A stretch of DNA of 64,000 nt. It comes from Dehalococcoidia bacterium. GTDB lineage: Bacteria; Chloroflexota; Dehalococcoidia; Plut-88900. The stretch is taken from assembly GCA_965197645.1 (NCBI GenBank), contig OZ240219.1, positions 896,001-960,000 on the forward strand. Reading direction: 5' to 3'. The notes beneath the pieces were generated by a model. The model saw only the letters and a list, made by a program, of their open reading frames with translations. It made no database searches and was not told where the DNA came from. Positions 27,659 to 39,021 of the stretch are shown here, piece by piece. Numbering within the stretch: the stretch's first letter is position 1; each line of letters starts with the position of its first letter. A program made the translations under genes and the position numbers.

Positions 27659-29614
27659 GTGGGCTTCAAGGGTATGAAGAGCAGCTTTATATACCTGATA
27701 ATCGTGGTGGCCATCATCGCGATTATCTTCACCCTTTTTCAACCGTCCCTCGGCTCCGAGGACATCCCCATCAGCGACGTCGTCACCATGGCCAAGGCCG
27801 GCCAGATCCGGGAGATAGAGGTAGACGGCGACAACCTGAGTATCACCGACCTGCAGGATGAGACCTTCAAGTCCAGGAAGGAGAGCGGGTCCAGCCTGGT
27901 GGACATCTTCACCCAGGCCGGAATCCCTGTTGGCACCGGTCCCAAGATCAATGTCAAAGAGAAGAGCCAGCTGGGCAGCCTCTTCTCCATCTTCATCAAC
28001 TTCCTTCCCCTGATCTTCTTCGGCGCCGTCCTCCTCTTCCTGCTAAGGCAGGCCCAGGGGGGAAACAACCAGGCCATGGGCTTCGGCCGGAGCCGTGCCC
28101 GCATGTTCATGGGCAATAAGCCCACCACCACCTTCCTGGACGTGGCCGGCGTCGACGAGGCCAAGCAGGACCTGTCCGAAGTCGTCGAGTTTCTGCGATA
28201 TCCGGAGAAGTTTTCCGCCCTCGGCGCCCGGGTGCCGAGGGGCGTCCTTCTGGTAGGCTCGCCCGGGACGGGCAAAACCCTGCTGAGCCGGGCGGTAGCC
28301 GGCGAGGCCGGCGTGCCCTTCTTCTCCATCAGCGGCAGCGAGTTCGTCGAGATGTTCGTCGGGGTCGGCGCATCCCGTGTCAGGGACCTGTTCGATCAGG
28401 CCAAGCGGAACGCACCCTGCATAGTGTTCGTAGACGAGATCGATGCCGTCGGCAGACACCGCGGCGCTGGACTGGGCGGCGGTCACGATGAGCGGGAGCA
28501 GACGCTGAACCAGATCCTCGTTGAGATGGACGGCTTCGACAGCAGCACCAACGTCATAGTTTTGGCAGCCACCAACCGCCCAGACATCCTGGACCCGGCT
28601 CTCCTGAGGCCGGGAAGGTTCGACAGGCGGGTAGTCCTGGACCTGCCCGATATCAATGGCCGCAAGGCAATCCTGGAGGTCCACACCAAGGGCAAGCCCC
28701 TCGCCCCCGGCGTCAAGCTGGATGTCTTGGCCAAGCAGACTCCGGGCTTCAGTGGGGCCGATCTGGCCAACCTCGTTAACGAGGCCGCGATCCTCGCGGC
28801 CAGACACAGTGCCAAGATCATCGAGATGCGGGAGATAGAGGAGGCCATAGACCGTGTCATCGCCGGACCGGAGCGCAAGAGCAGGCTCATCAGTGCCAAG
28901 GAAAAGTCTATTACCGCCTACCACGAGGTTGGACACGCGTTGGTGGCCAGGATGATGACGCACTCCGACCCCGTGCATAAGATCTCCATCGTTGCGCGGG
29001 GCACCATGGGCGGCTACACACGTCTGCTCCCCAAGGAGGACAGATACCTCTACAGCCGCTCCCAGTTCAAAGCGATGCTGGCCACTGCGCTGGGCGGCCG
29101 CGTCTCGGAGGACCTGACTTACGAGGAGATCACCACGGGGGCCAGCAACGACATCGAGCACGCCACGAACCTGGCCCGAAGCATGATTACCCAGTACGGC
29201 ATGAGCGACTCTCTCGGCCCCAGGACCTTCGGCCGCAAAGAGGAGCTGGTGTTCTTGGGCAAGGAGATCTCCGAGCAGCGCAACTACAGCGATAAGATAG
29301 CCGAGACTATCGACCAGGAGATTCACGACCTCATTCGGGTCGCCGAGCAGACGGCGAGAGACATTCTATCCAACAACGAGGCCAAGCTTAGCCAGCTGGC
29401 AGAGTTCATCATCCAGGTGGAGACCTTGGATGGTGACGACTTGGAAAAGGCCTTTGACGCCGATCCCTCGGCGGACCTCTCGGTGCTGATCCCGCCCCAT
29501 GAGGAAGCCCCTCCTCCCTCCACGTCCGAGGAACCCGAGCCTATGCCGACCAACGGCCGGACGCCGGAACATCCCCCTCTCGACGACCCCACACCCGAGA
29601 CGGGTCCCGGCTAG
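27659..29614 (+). CDS. ftsH: ATP-dependent zinc metalloprotease FtsH
   Basis: Two TMs, [30 protein letters not shown]; start may be GTG 27659 or ATG 27674. Confidence 0.98.
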   Translation: MGFKGMKSSFIYLIIVVAIIAIIFTLFQPSLGSEDIPISDVVTMAKAGQIREIEVDGDNLSITDLQDETFKSRKESGSSLVDIFTQAGIPVGTGPKINVKEKSQLGSLFSIFINFLPLIFFGAVLLFLLRQAQGGNNQAMGFGRSRARMFMGNKPTTTFLDVAGVDEAKQDLSEVVEFLRYPEKFSALGARVPRGVLLVGSPGTGKTLLSRAVAGEAGVPFFSISGSEFVEMFVGVGASRVRDLFDQAKRNAPCIVFVDEIDAVGRHRGAGLGGGHDEREQTLNQILVEMDGFDSSTNVIVLAATNRPDILDPALLRPGRFDRRVVLDLPDINGRKAILEVHTKGKPLAPGVKLDVLAKQTPGFSGADLANLVNEAAILAARHSAKIIEMREIEEAIDRVIAGPERKSRLISAKEKSITAYHEVGHALVARMMTHSDPVHKISIVARGTMGGYTRLLPKEDRYLYSRSQFKAMLATALGGRVSEDLTYEEITTGASNDIEHATNLARSMITQYGMSDSLGPRTFGRKEELVFLGKEISEQRNYSDKIAETIDQEIHDLIRVAEQTARDILSNNEAKLSQLAEFIIQVETLDGDDLEKAFDADPSADLSVLIPPHEEAPPPSTSEEPEPMPTNGRTPEHPPLDDPTPETGPG

Positions 29615-29776
29615 AGCTTCGATATTCGTCATACCATTTGGCGCCATCGACAACATCTAAATGTCCAGTTGTTTCCATGGCGCCAGCGCGGAACGAGACA
29701 ATTCCCCACCTTCCCAGACTCACCAACCGGAGTAACGTACTATCGTATCGTTACCAACATCCGTAGGAGGTAATCC

Positions 29777-30337
29777 ATGACCCTGACCGAATTCATCGGG
29801 AACTGCTTAGACCAGAACTATAACGGCGTACGTCGTTCCCTGGACGGGCTGACCAGCGAGGAGCTGGCCTTTCGGCCTGCTCCCCAGTGCAACTCCATCG
29901 GTTGGACGGCATGGCACTGCAGCCGCTTGCTGGACTTCTGGATTAACACCATCGTAAAGGGGCAACCTCAGATGTGGGAGCAGGGCTGGGCCGACAAGTT
30001 CAACCGCCCCGCCGAGGCTATGGATGTCGGTTTCGCCCACACCCCGGAGCAGATAGCGGCATTCGAGGCGCCGGACCCGGAGGTGCTGACCGGATACCTG
30101 GAAGCTTCAAGGGGTCTGTTGGTCCAGTTTCTGGGAGAGCAGGACGATGACTCACTGTCCAGTACCGAAGTTACCAACCCCGGAGCGGGAATGATGCCGC
30201 TGTCCACCCTGTTTCAGCAGCTCATCTGGGAGCTCAACCAGCACAGCGGCCACATAGCCTACCTACGAGGTATTCAACGAGGTATCGAGGACGCTACATT
30301 CACCGGCGGCGTCATCGGCCCTGACGCCTCTGCCTAG
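29777..30337 (+). CDS. DinB-family protein
   Basis: LTSEELAFRP...NSIGWTAWH...ELNQHSGHIAYLRG. Confidence 0.85.
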   Translation: MTLTEFIGNCLDQNYNGVRRSLDGLTSEELAFRPAPQCNSIGWTAWHCSRLLDFWINTIVKGQPQMWEQGWADKFNRPAEAMDVGFAHTPEQIAAFEAPDPEVLTGYLEASRGLLVQFLGEQDDDSLSSTEVTNPGAGMMPLSTLFQQLIWELNQHSGHIAYLRGIQRGIEDATFTGGVIGPDASA

Positions 30338-30376
30338 TCGCTGTTTCCGGATCGCCCTTCTGCGTTGCCCATACCT

Positions 30377-30655
30377 TTAGACCCAGCGACGCCGAAACGC
30401 CAGCGCCAGCAAGACGAAGGAGACGGGAGCAATCCCGGCCATCCAGTCCCAAAGCACCACCCTGTCCAGCAGCGGGTTGAGCACTGTGCTCAGGATAACG
30501 CCGGTACCCACGATCAGCGCCGCCAGCAACAGCGATGTTGCCCACCTTCGCCGTTCCTTCGGGACGCTCGGTTCCGGCACCGATTCTATCCGGCCTTGAG
30601 AAACAGGGCTGTCCGTCGAAGGGTCATCCGTCCCGTCTGGCTTGTCCCGTCCCAT
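30377..30655 (-). CDS. Hypothetical 2-TM membrane protein
   Basis: 92 aa, two hydrophobic segments, directly downstream of the acyl-CoA ligase. Confidence 0.5.
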   Translation of the reverse strand: MGRDKPDGTDDPSTDSPVSQGRIESVPEPSVPKERRRWATSLLLAALIVGTGVILSTVLNPLLDRVVLWDWMAGIAPVSFVLLALAFRRRWV

Positions 30656-30670
30656 CTAACTTGAAGACGT

Positions 30671-32188
30671 TCAGGATGAGGCTGAAGGTTCAGCCGCCTC
30701 GGCAAGCTGGGCTGCGATGTTCCGTCTCTGGATCTTGCCGGTGGCCGTCCTGGGCAGCTCATCCATGAAGTGGATCACCTTGGGCACCTTGAAATCGATC
30801 AGGTGCTGCTGGCAGAAAGCCCGGATCTCCTCCTGAGTGGCCTCTCCGTTCAGCACCACCGCCGCATGCACCTCCTCGCCGTACTTTGCGTCGGGCACCC
30901 CGAAACTGATAGCCTCGGCCAATGCCGGCATCTGGGCCAGTACAGCGTCCACCTCCAGCGGCGAAATCTTCTCGCCCCCTCGATTGATCAGCTCCTTGAG
31001 CCGCCCCGTCAGGGTAAGGTAGTCGTTACCGTCCTTGAACCCCTGGTCTCCGGTACGGAACCAGCCGTCGGTGAAGGCCGTGCTGTTGGCCTCCGGGTTG
31101 TTGCGATATCCGTGCATCACATTGGAGCCCTTGATGACCACTTCGCCCCGTTGCCCCACCTGGAGCAGCTTGCCCGCCTCGTCGATGATGCCTATCTGAA
31201 CGCCGGTCCCTTCACCGACGGTGCCTGCTTTACGATCTCTGGGCGGCAGCGGATTTGAAGACATCTGATGGGAAGCCTCGGTCATGCCGTAAGCCTCCAG
31301 CACCGGCGCATCGAACCTGGCCTCCAGCTGATCGAGTACCGCCGGCGCCAGCGCTGCGCTGCACGATCGGATCAATCGGAAGGTGCCCCGGGGAGCGTCA
31401 TCGCCGTCCGCTCGAGTCAGGAGGATCTGGTGAATGGTAGGGACCGCCGAGTACCAGTTGGCGCCGTACTTCTCCACCACCGGCCAGAAGGTGCTGGCGC
31501 TGAAGCGACTGGGGAGCACGCTCGTTCCCCCTGAGGCCAGGGTCGAGAGCAGAACGCCTATCAGGCCATGGACGTGGAACAGGGGCATCACGAGCATCGC
31601 CACGTCCTCCGACGTCAGATCGTAGGTATCGACGATGTTGGCCAGAGAGGACGTGAGGTTTGCATGGGTCAGCGGGACTCCCTTGGGCCGGCTGGTGGTG
31701 CCGCTGGTATGAAGGAACAGGGCCGTGTCATCCAGGTTCGGCATTGCCGGCAGTTCACCGCCTGTGAGAAGGGCGCCGTCACGCCGGAGCTCAACCTTGC
31801 CTTCGTTCGTAGCTGAAGCCTCCACTTGGGGTAGGCCCAGGCTCTGGGCGGCCTCCCTGGCCGGGTGCTCCCCCGCAGGCAGTATCGCCATTACGGAGCC
31901 CGCGTCCTCCATGTAGAACCGGTACTCGTCCGTCGTGTAGCTGGGGTTGAGGGGCGCCGCCGTGGCTCCCAGCCTGGTCACCGCTAGGAATGCGGCTACG
32001 AACTCGATGTTGTTGCCCAACACTATCGAGACCGCCTGTCCTGATTCGACGCCGGCCCCTTTAAGCGCAGAGGCCAGCTCCTCGATCTGCGTTCCCAATC
32101 CCTCGTAGGTCACGGTGGGACCCTCGGGCACCACCAGCGCCGGGTGGCTACTCGACCCCTTCGTCAGCAGTTCTGCCAGTGTTGCCAT
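30671..32188 (-). CDS. Acyl-CoA synthetase (oxalate--CoA ligase-like)
   Basis: LHTSGTTSRPKGV, PLFHVHG, RSCSAAL, YGMTE, TGDQG, INRGGEKI, TATGKIQR; ATG 32188 with RBS AGGAG. Confidence 0.9.
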   Translation of the reverse strand: MATLAELLTKGSSSHPALVVPEGPTVTYEGLGTQIEELASALKGAGVESGQAVSIVLGNNIEFVAAFLAVTRLGATAAPLNPSYTTDEYRFYMEDAGSVMAILPAGEHPAREAAQSLGLPQVEASATNEGKVELRRDGALLTGGELPAMPNLDDTALFLHTSGTTSRPKGVPLTHANLTSSLANIVDTYDLTSEDVAMLVMPLFHVHGLIGVLLSTLASGGTSVLPSRFSASTFWPVVEKYGANWYSAVPTIHQILLTRADGDDAPRGTFRLIRSCSAALAPAVLDQLEARFDAPVLEAYGMTEASHQMSSNPLPPRDRKAGTVGEGTGVQIGIIDEAGKLLQVGQRGEVVIKGSNVMHGYRNNPEANSTAFTDGWFRTGDQGFKDGNDYLTLTGRLKELINRGGEKISPLEVDAVLAQMPALAEAISFGVPDAKYGEEVHAAVVLNGEATQEEIRAFCQQHLIDFKVPKVIHFMDELPRTATGKIQRRNIAAQLAEAAEPSASS

Positions 32189-32304
32189 GCGATCGCTCCT
32201 GTTGAAGTTGCGTACAGCAGCTAATGATATCAGCCTAGGCCCCGGTTCGCACCAACTCACCCACTTCCCGCCATGCTATACTTTTCCACGCATAGGCAAA
32301 CCCC

Positions 32305-34041
32305 ATGAGAAGCTTTCGCATAGCCCAGGCCCAGATCAACACCACCGTCGGCGATCTGGAGGGCAACACCGCCAAGGTGCTCAGCTCCATCGACGAGGCG
32401 CGGAAGCTGGGCGCCGACCTCGTCAGCTTCCCCGAGCTCACCATCCCCGGATATCCGCCCGAAGACCTGCTGTACAAGCCCAATTTCATCGCCGAAAACC
32501 GCGCCCGGTTGGACGAAGTGATCAGGAGCTCGGAGAACATCGCCGTGGTCGTGGGTTTCGTCCATTCCAACAGCGACATCTTCAATTCCGCGGCGGTGAT
32601 CCACGATGGCGATCTGCTGGGCATCTACAACAAGATCTTCCTGCCCAACTACAGCGTGTTCGACGAGAAGCGGTACTTCCAGCAGGGAGACAGCTGTCCC
32701 GTCTACACCATCAACGGCGTTCACGTGGGCGTCAACATCTGCGAGGACATCTGGTACGCCGTCGGCCCCACCAACCTTCAACGAAAAGCGGGCGCTGAGG
32801 TCATAGTCAACATCAACGGTTCCCCCTACCAGCAAGGCAAGCAGGAGTTCCGAGAGAAGATGCTGGCTACACGGGCCTCCGACAACGGGGTCTTCGTCTG
32901 TTACACCAACCTGATAGGCGGCCAGGATGAACTGGTCTTCGATGGCGGTAGCTTGGTTTTCGACCAGAAGGGCGACGTCGTGGCCCGGGGCAAGCAGTTC
33001 GCGGAGGACATGGTGCTGGCGGACCTGGAGGTGGACGCCGTAATGCGAGCTCGGTTGCACGAGCCCCGGAACAGAGAAGAGAGGCTGATCCTGTCCGAGA
33101 TCGACCACGTCACCACCCCCGTCATAGGGTCTGGGAGGACGGTCTCGCTGGACAAGCCGACCATCACCGGCAATCACGTAACGGCCCTGGATGGCCCCGA
33201 GGAGGTCTACGAAGCCCTCACCATCGGCACCCGAGACTACGTGAGGAAGAACGGATTTCAGAAGGTGCTTATCGGCCTATCGGGCGGCATCGATTCGAGC
33301 TTGACCGCCGCCGTCGCCGTCGACGCCCTTGGGCCCGATAATGTCGTCGGCGTAACTATGCCCTCCCGTTTTTCCTCGACCGGGAGTGTCGACGATTCTG
33401 CCGTCCTGGCCCGAAACCTGGGCATCGCCATGTGGACAGTTCCCATCGAGGAGTCCCACGCCGTGATGCTCAAGACCCTGGACCCGATTTTCGAGGAGAC
33501 CCAACCCAACGTGGCCGAGGAGAACCTGCAGGCCCGGATCCGAGGCAACCTGCTCATGGCCATCTCCAACAAGTTCGGCTGGCTGGTCCTGACCACGGGC
33601 AATAAGAGCGAGACCGCCATGGGCTACACAACCCTCTACGGAGACATGGCCGGCGGGTTCTGTATCATCAAAGACGTGCCCAAGACCCTGGTCTACAAGC
33701 TGGCCGAGTTCCGTAACCAGCGGGCCCGAAAAGACATCATCCCCAGGGCCGTCCTGGAGAAGGAACCCAGCGCCGAGCTTCGACCAGACCAGAAGGACAT
33801 CGATACTCTACCTCCCTACTCGGTGCTGGACCCGATCCTCGAGGCCTACGTGGAGGGGGACCGGAGCTTGCCGGAGATCGTGGAGATGGGCTTCGACGGG
33901 GAGATGGTCCGCCGGATCATCTGGATGGTCGACCGGAACGAGTACAAGCGGCGGCAGGCCCCGCTGGGGGTGAAGATCACCTCCCGTAACTTCGGGCGGG
34001 ACCGCCGCATGCCCATCGTCAACCACTACGAAGACCTCTAG
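32305..34041 (+). CDS. nadE: Glutamine-dependent NAD+ synthetase
   Basis: Nitrilase domain (FPEL, LPNY.VFDEKRYF, ICEDIW) plus GLSGGIDS, TTGNKSE, PSAELRPDQKD. Confidence 0.97.
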   Translation: MRSFRIAQAQINTTVGDLEGNTAKVLSSIDEARKLGADLVSFPELTIPGYPPEDLLYKPNFIAENRARLDEVIRSSENIAVVVGFVHSNSDIFNSAAVIHDGDLLGIYNKIFLPNYSVFDEKRYFQQGDSCPVYTINGVHVGVNICEDIWYAVGPTNLQRKAGAEVIVNINGSPYQQGKQEFREKMLATRASDNGVFVCYTNLIGGQDELVFDGGSLVFDQKGDVVARGKQFAEDMVLADLEVDAVMRARLHEPRNREERLILSEIDHVTTPVIGSGRTVSLDKPTITGNHVTALDGPEEVYEALTIGTRDYVRKNGFQKVLIGLSGGIDSSLTAAVAVDALGPDNVVGVTMPSRFSSTGSVDDSAVLARNLGIAMWTVPIEESHAVMLKTLDPIFEETQPNVAEENLQARIRGNLLMAISNKFGWLVLTTGNKSETAMGYTTLYGDMAGGFCIIKDVPKTLVYKLAEFRNQRARKDIIPRAVLEKEPSAELRPDQKDIDTLPPYSVLDPILEAYVEGDRSLPEIVEMGFDGEMVRRIIWMVDRNEYKRRQAPLGVKITSRNFGRDRRMPIVNHYEDL

Positions 34042-34052
34042 AGGCCTGGGGG

Positions 34053-34087
34053 TTGACATCTCGCATTTGATGTAGTACATTTGTGCG
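34053..34087 (+). promoter_or_regulatory. recA promoter with overlapping possible LexA box
   Basis: TTGACA-17-TACATT (34053-34081); AGTACATTTGTGC resembles a GAAC/GTAC-N4-GTTC SOS box with mismatches. Confidence 0.45.
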
Positions 34088-34238
34088 AGTAAACGAGATT
34101 CGGTGTTGGCAATGACAGATATGATGGATTACGCCCTTACGAGCAATGTTTGTCAATCGTTGTTCCACACCCCCGACCGTGCTACCATCATTTACACCCA
34201 GCACAGGCAACTACACCTAGTATAGGAGGCTCACCGAA

Positions 34239-35297
34239 TTGAGTAACGAGAAGGCCAAGGCCCTGGAGCTCACTCTCGGCCAGATCGAGAAGCAGTTCGG
34301 ACAGGGCTCCATCATGCGGCTAGGTGAGGTGAGCGCCAGCATGACCGTCGAAGCCATCCCCACCGGCTCCCTTTCGATAGACATCGCCCTTGGCATAGGC
34401 GGCATTCCACGAGGCCGGATCATCGAAATCTTTGGCGCCGAAGCCGCCGGCAAGTCGACCCTCGCTCTGCACGTCATCGCCGAGGCCCAAAAGCTGGGTG
34501 GCATGGCCGCTTACATAGATGCCGAGCACGCCCTGGACCCCAGCTACGCTTCCCGTATCGGTGTCAACGTGGAGGAGCTCCTCATCTCCCAACCCGACAC
34601 CGGTGAGCAGGCCCTCGAGATTACTGAGGCCCTGGTCCGTAGCAACGCCATAGATGTCGTAGCGATCGATAGCGTCGCTGCCCTGGTCCCCAGAGCCGAG
34701 ATCGAGGGAGAGATGGGCGACTCCCACGTGGGTCTCCAGGCCCGTCTCATGTCCCAGGCGCTGCGAAAGCTGACCGCCGCCATCAACCGTTCCAACACCG
34801 CCGCCATCTTCATCAATCAGCTCCGGGAGAAGGTGGGTATCATCTTCGGCAATCCCGAGACGACCCCGGGCGGCCGCGCCCTCAAGTTCTATAGCTCGGT
34901 ACGAATAGACCTGCGCCGCATCGAGTCCATAAAGCAGGGTCAAATCGTGACCGGCAACAGGGTCCGAGCGAAAATCGTCAAGAACAAGGTAGCCGCGCCC
35001 TTCCGTACCGCCGAGTTTGACATCATGTTCAACGAGGGCATCAGCAAGGCGGGTGACCTGGTGGACCTGGGGGTCACCTACGGGCTGGTGAAAAAGAGCG
35101 GGGCATTCTTCTCCTGGGGCGATATCAGGCTGGGACAGGGCAGGGAGAACGCCAAGGACTTCCTCAGGCAGACGCCTGACGTAGCCGGTGAGATAGAACG
35201 GGAGATCCGAGCAGCAGCAGCGCCCGTTGCCACTGTGCCTGCCCCGGCCGTCGAGCCGGCTCTCAAGTCTTCCAATGGCGCTGAGCCCAAATCTTAA
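34239..35297 (+). CDS. recA: Recombinase RecA
   Basis: [42 protein letters not shown]. Confidence 0.99.
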   Translation: MSNEKAKALELTLGQIEKQFGQGSIMRLGEVSASMTVEAIPTGSLSIDIALGIGGIPRGRIIEIFGAEAAGKSTLALHVIAEAQKLGGMAAYIDAEHALDPSYASRIGVNVEELLISQPDTGEQALEITEALVRSNAIDVVAIDSVAALVPRAEIEGEMGDSHVGLQARLMSQALRKLTAAINRSNTAAIFINQLREKVGIIFGNPETTPGGRALKFYSSVRIDLRRIESIKQGQIVTGNRVRAKIVKNKVAAPFRTAEFDIMFNEGISKAGDLVDLGVTYGLVKKSGAFFSWGDIRLGQGRENAKDFLRQTPDVAGEIEREIRAAAAPVATVPAPAVEPALKSSNGAEPKS

Positions 35298-35342
35298 GCC
35301 GGCCAAGACTCCCTTACCTGCGACATAGTTGCCTCCTTAGCT

Positions 35343-35981
35343 ATGACCGTAGGCACCATCACCGAGATTCGAGGGCAGAAGCGTCGTAAAGACCGCGTCA
35401 GCATCTTCATCGATGACCGGTATGCCCTGAGTATGAGCCGGCTGTCCCTCATCAGTACGGGCCTCAGCGTTGGCCAAGAGGTATCCGACAAGCAGCTCAA
35501 CGAGCTCGGCGCCGAAGACACCTTGGAGGAAGCGATGAATGCGGCCCTCCGGTTCCTCGGGCAGCGGCCCCGAAGCGAGCGAGAGGTGCGGATGCGATTG
35601 CGCCAGCGCAGGTTGGGCGATGAGGTCGTCGACACCACCCTCTCCCGGCTGCGGGAGCGAGGCCTGGTGCACGACGGGGAGTTCGCCCGCTTCTGGGTGG
35701 AGAACCGGACCAGCTTCAGGCCCGTCAGTAGACGGATGCTCGACCGGGAGCTGCGCCAAAAGGGAGTCGACGGTGACGTGTCCACGGAGCTCCTGGAAGA
35801 ACTCGACGATGGTGAAGGGGCCTACCGGGCCGGCTTGAAGAAGTCACGCTCCCTGCGGAGAAGCGATAGAGATGCGTTCCGCAAGAAGATGTTGACGTTC
35901 CTAAGGGGCCGGGGCTTCAGCTACTCCATCTCCTCCGAAACTACAGACCGCATCTGGCGTGAGTCGGGCCGAGGAGACTAG
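35343..35981 (+). CDS. recX: Regulatory protein RecX
   Basis: ALRFLGQRPRSEREV, ELRQKGV, FLRGRGFSY; directly after recA. Confidence 0.93.
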   Translation: MTVGTITEIRGQKRRKDRVSIFIDDRYALSMSRLSLISTGLSVGQEVSDKQLNELGAEDTLEEAMNAALRFLGQRPRSEREVRMRLRQRRLGDEVVDTTLSRLRERGLVHDGEFARFWVENRTSFRPVSRRMLDRELRQKGVDGDVSTELLEELDDGEGAYRAGLKKSRSLRRSDRDAFRKKMLTFLRGRGFSYSISSETTDRIWRESGRGD

Positions 35982-35986
35982 CCGCC

Positions 35987-36754
35987 TCAGTCCAGCCCGT
36001 TCAGGAAGTCTCCCATCAGCCTGTTGGTCAGGTCCGGGGTCTCTATGCTGGGGTCGTGGCCCACCCCTGCGATCCACTCCAACCGGGACCCGGATATCTT
36101 CTCGTGGAGCACCTTCGTTCCCTCCACGGCGAACAGGTCTTCGTCTCCGCAGATGATCAGCGTCGGAATATCGATCTTTCCGATCTCTGCAACGATGTTG
36201 AAGTCCCTGCACGCCTGCAGATCGCCGGCGGCTACCCTTTTGTCGATGCCCGCGGAATCTCTCTCGTGTTGCTCGATGATCTCCAGGGGCGTGTTCTTCC
36301 CGAAGATATCGGACCTTCCCTGCTGCCTCGCCGTGTCCGGCTCGTTGAGCCATACATCGATGCCTTCCTGGGGGATCTCCCAGCTTGCCGACGATCCCAC
36401 CGGTATCAGGGCTTTGACACCCGGATGGCGGAGGGCGAAGTCCATCGATATCGATCCGCCCATGGAGTGGCCCGCCAGGACGAACTCGGTCAGATCCAGG
36501 CTGTCCACCAGCCCCTTCACGAACTCGGTGTATCCCGAGACGACGGTGGAGCCAGACCCTTCCGACTCGCCGTGGCCCGGCAGATCGACGGCTATCGGCG
36601 TGTGCGACCCGGCCAGGAACTCGATCTGCGGGTCCCAGACCTTGTGGTTGTCCGTGGCGCCGTGAATCAGGATCACGGTCACTCCCTTGCCCTGATCGAT
36701 TGGGTTGGGGCACTCGAAGTAGGCTTTGGTCCCGTTTACGGTTGCGAACGGCAT
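35987..36754 (-). CDS. Alpha/beta hydrolase
   Basis: IHGA, DLPGHGES, GHSMGG, GDED, GHDP. Confidence 0.92.
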   Translation of the reverse strand: MPFATVNGTKAYFECPNPIDQGKGVTVILIHGATDNHKVWDPQIEFLAGSHTPIAVDLPGHGESEGSGSTVVSGYTEFVKGLVDSLDLTEFVLAGHSMGGSISMDFALRHPGVKALIPVGSSASWEIPQEGIDVWLNEPDTARQQGRSDIFGKNTPLEIIEQHERDSAGIDKRVAAGDLQACRDFNIVAEIGKIDIPTLIICGDEDLFAVEGTKVLHEKISGSRLEWIAGVGHDPSIETPDLTNRLMGDFLNGLD

Positions 36755-36778
36755 GGTTTACCTCCTGCAGTATGGAGT

Positions 36779-37552
36779 CTATGAGAGTGTACCCAAGTAA
36801 GCGTTCAACGCATCGTTGACCTGGTCGGGCTGCTCCACCAGGATGGCGTGACCGGCCGCCGGCACTATCTCCAGCGTCGAGCCGGGCACCCGGGAATGGA
36901 TCCTACGCGAGCCCTCCAGCCAGGCCTCTTCATCGCCGCAGATGGTAAGCACGGGTACCTTTACTTGCCCTATCTGCTTGGTTAGATCGTAGTCGTCGCA
37001 GGCCTCGAAATCGGCGATGGCCGCATCCACCGGAGTCTCGCTTAGCTGGGCCGAGTAGCTATCGACCAGCCGTTTCGATGTCTTCCGGGAGAAAAGCTGA
37101 CCGGCGTTCTGCCGCGCGGCGCTGTCCGGGTCTGTCTTCCACAGCTCGAGGTCGTCCGGGCTGAGGTCCCAGTCGGGACTCGATCCCACGATGATCAGGC
37201 CTTCGACGTCGTCGGGGTGATGGACGGCGTAGTCCAGCGCCATCGAGCCGCCCATCGAGTGGCCGCCGAAGACAAAAGGCGCTAGACCCATGACATCTAC
37301 GATGGCCTTGATGAAGTTGCGGAAGTCCGCCACGTTGTTGATCGGCGGGCCTTCGGACTCGCCGTGGCCTGGCAGGTCTATCGAGAGGGGCGTGTGCTCC
37401 CGCTCCAGGTACCTGTGCTGCGACGCCCAGACCTTGTGATTGTCCACCGCCCCATGCACCATCAGCACCGTGTGCCCCTGCTTCGCCCCCGATTCGGCCT
37501 CTTGGGGGTAGGCGTAGTTTATGTTGCGTCCGTCTATCGTAGCAAATCCCAT
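36779..37552 (-). CDS. Alpha/beta hydrolase (tandem paralog)
   Basis: VHGAVDNHKVW, DLPGHGES, GHSMGG, AGH; clearly similar to its neighbour. Confidence 0.92.
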   Translation of the reverse strand: MGFATIDGRNINYAYPQEAESGAKQGHTVLMVHGAVDNHKVWASQHRYLEREHTPLSIDLPGHGESEGPPINNVADFRNFIKAIVDVMGLAPFVFGGHSMGGSMALDYAVHHPDDVEGLIIVGSSPDWDLSPDDLELWKTDPDSAARQNAGQLFSRKTSKRLVDSYSAQLSETPVDAAIADFEACDDYDLTKQIGQVKVPVLTICGDEEAWLEGSRRIHSRVPGSTLEIVPAAGHAILVEQPDQVNDALNAYLGTLS

Positions 37553-37561
37553 GGCCTCTCC

Positions 37562-39016
37562 TTATCCCTTGATCACCCCGATCGGTCGAGTTCTTACCAC
37601 CTTGCGAGATATTCCGGCTTGGTGGGCTATCTCCACAACCTTGGCCACGTCCTTGTACGCCTCCGGGGCCTCCTCGGCCAGGCCCGACCGGCTGCCGGAC
37701 ATAACGATTATGCCCTGGGCCGCAAGCCGCTCGGCTACGTCTACACCCTTGAGCAGGCGCCTGGCGGCACCCCGGCTCTGCTGTCGTCCTGCGCCGTGGC
37801 ACGTCGAACCGAAGGTCTCTGCCATCGCCTTCTCCGTGCCCAGGGCCACGAACGAGTAGCGTCCCATGTCGCCGGGGATCAGGACGGGCTGACCGATGGC
37901 CCTGTAAGCTTCGGGTATCTCCGGATGCCCGGCCGGGAACGCCCTCGTGGCGCCCTTGCGATGAACGCACAGCCTTGTCTTACTGCCGTCGACGGTGTGC
38001 TCTTCCATCTTGGCGATGTTGTGAGAGACGTCATAGACCTGGCGAATCTCGGACCCATGGTCGCCGAATATCTGCTGAAAGGACTCCCTGGCCCAGTGGG
38101 CTATGCACTGCCGGTTGGCCCAGGCGAAGTTGGCGGCGCATCGGAGCGCAGCCATGTAGTCCCTGCCCTCTGCGGAATCTACGGGAGCGCAGGCCAGCTG
38201 TCTATCGGGCAGCACTATCTCGTAGTCTCGCATCGCCGCGTTCATCACCTTGACATAGTCATCGCATACCTGGTGCCCCAACCCGCGCGAGCCGCAGTGT
38301 ATCCAAACCACCACCCGTCCCGCCTCGTCCAGGCCCATCTGTGCAGCCCCTTCGGCGTCGAACACCTCGTCCACGATGGCCACTTCCAGGAAATGGTTGC
38401 CCGAACCCAGGGTACCCAGCTGGGGCGATCCTCTCTTCTTGGCCTTGGCGCTGACCTTTTCCGTATCTCCCCCGGAGATGCAGCCCATCTCCTCGGTTAC
38501 TTCGAGGTCCTCAGGTGTTCCCAGCCCCTTTTCCACGGCCCAGCCCGCCCCCTTTGCCAGCACCTCATCGATCTCCCCGCCCTTCAGCTTGATCCGGCCC
38601 GAAGATCCCAGACCCGAGGGCACGTTCCGGTACAACGCCGAGACCAGGTCCTCCAGCCTGGGTCGCACCTCTGCTTCCGTTAAGGAGGTGCGCAGCAGCC
38701 GGACCCCGCAGTTGATATCGAACCCGACCCCACCCGGAGCTATCACCCCGTCCTCCATCCTGGTGGCAGCCACTCCTCCGATGGGGAAGCCGTAGCCCCA
38801 GTGGATATCGGGCATGGCCAGGGATGCGCCTTCGATGCCGGGCAGAAAAGCCACGTTGGCCACCTGGTCCAAGGCCTGGTCTTCGACGATCTCTCCCATC
38901 ATCTCATCGTCGGCGTAGACGGTCCCCTGGACACGCATTCCCGGCTTGTAGTCCACCGACAGCTCCCACCGGAAGTCATCCAACCTTTTCAGTCCCGTCC
39001 GTTCCAGCTTGCTCAT
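37562..39016 (-). CDS. rtcB: RNA ligase RtcB
   Basis: MPDIHWGYGFPIGG, GFDINCGVR, GTLGSGNHFLE, HRKGATR, HGAGR. Confidence 0.97.
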   Translation of the reverse strand: MSKLERTGLKRLDDFRWELSVDYKPGMRVQGTVYADDEMMGEIVEDQALDQVANVAFLPGIEGASLAMPDIHWGYGFPIGGVAATRMEDGVIAPGGVGFDINCGVRLLRTSLTEAEVRPRLEDLVSALYRNVPSGLGSSGRIKLKGGEIDEVLAKGAGWAVEKGLGTPEDLEVTEEMGCISGGDTEKVSAKAKKRGSPQLGTLGSGNHFLEVAIVDEVFDAEGAAQMGLDEAGRVVVWIHCGSRGLGHQVCDDYVKVMNAAMRDYEIVLPDRQLACAPVDSAEGRDYMAALRCAANFAWANRQCIAHWARESFQQIFGDHGSEIRQVYDVSHNIAKMEEHTVDGSKTRLCVHRKGATRAFPAGHPEIPEAYRAIGQPVLIPGDMGRYSFVALGTEKAMAETFGSTCHGAGRQQSRGAARRLLKGVDVAERLAAQGIIVMSGSRSGLAEEAPEAYKDVAKVVEIAHQAGISRKVVRTRPIGVIKG

Positions 39017-39021
39017 GATTA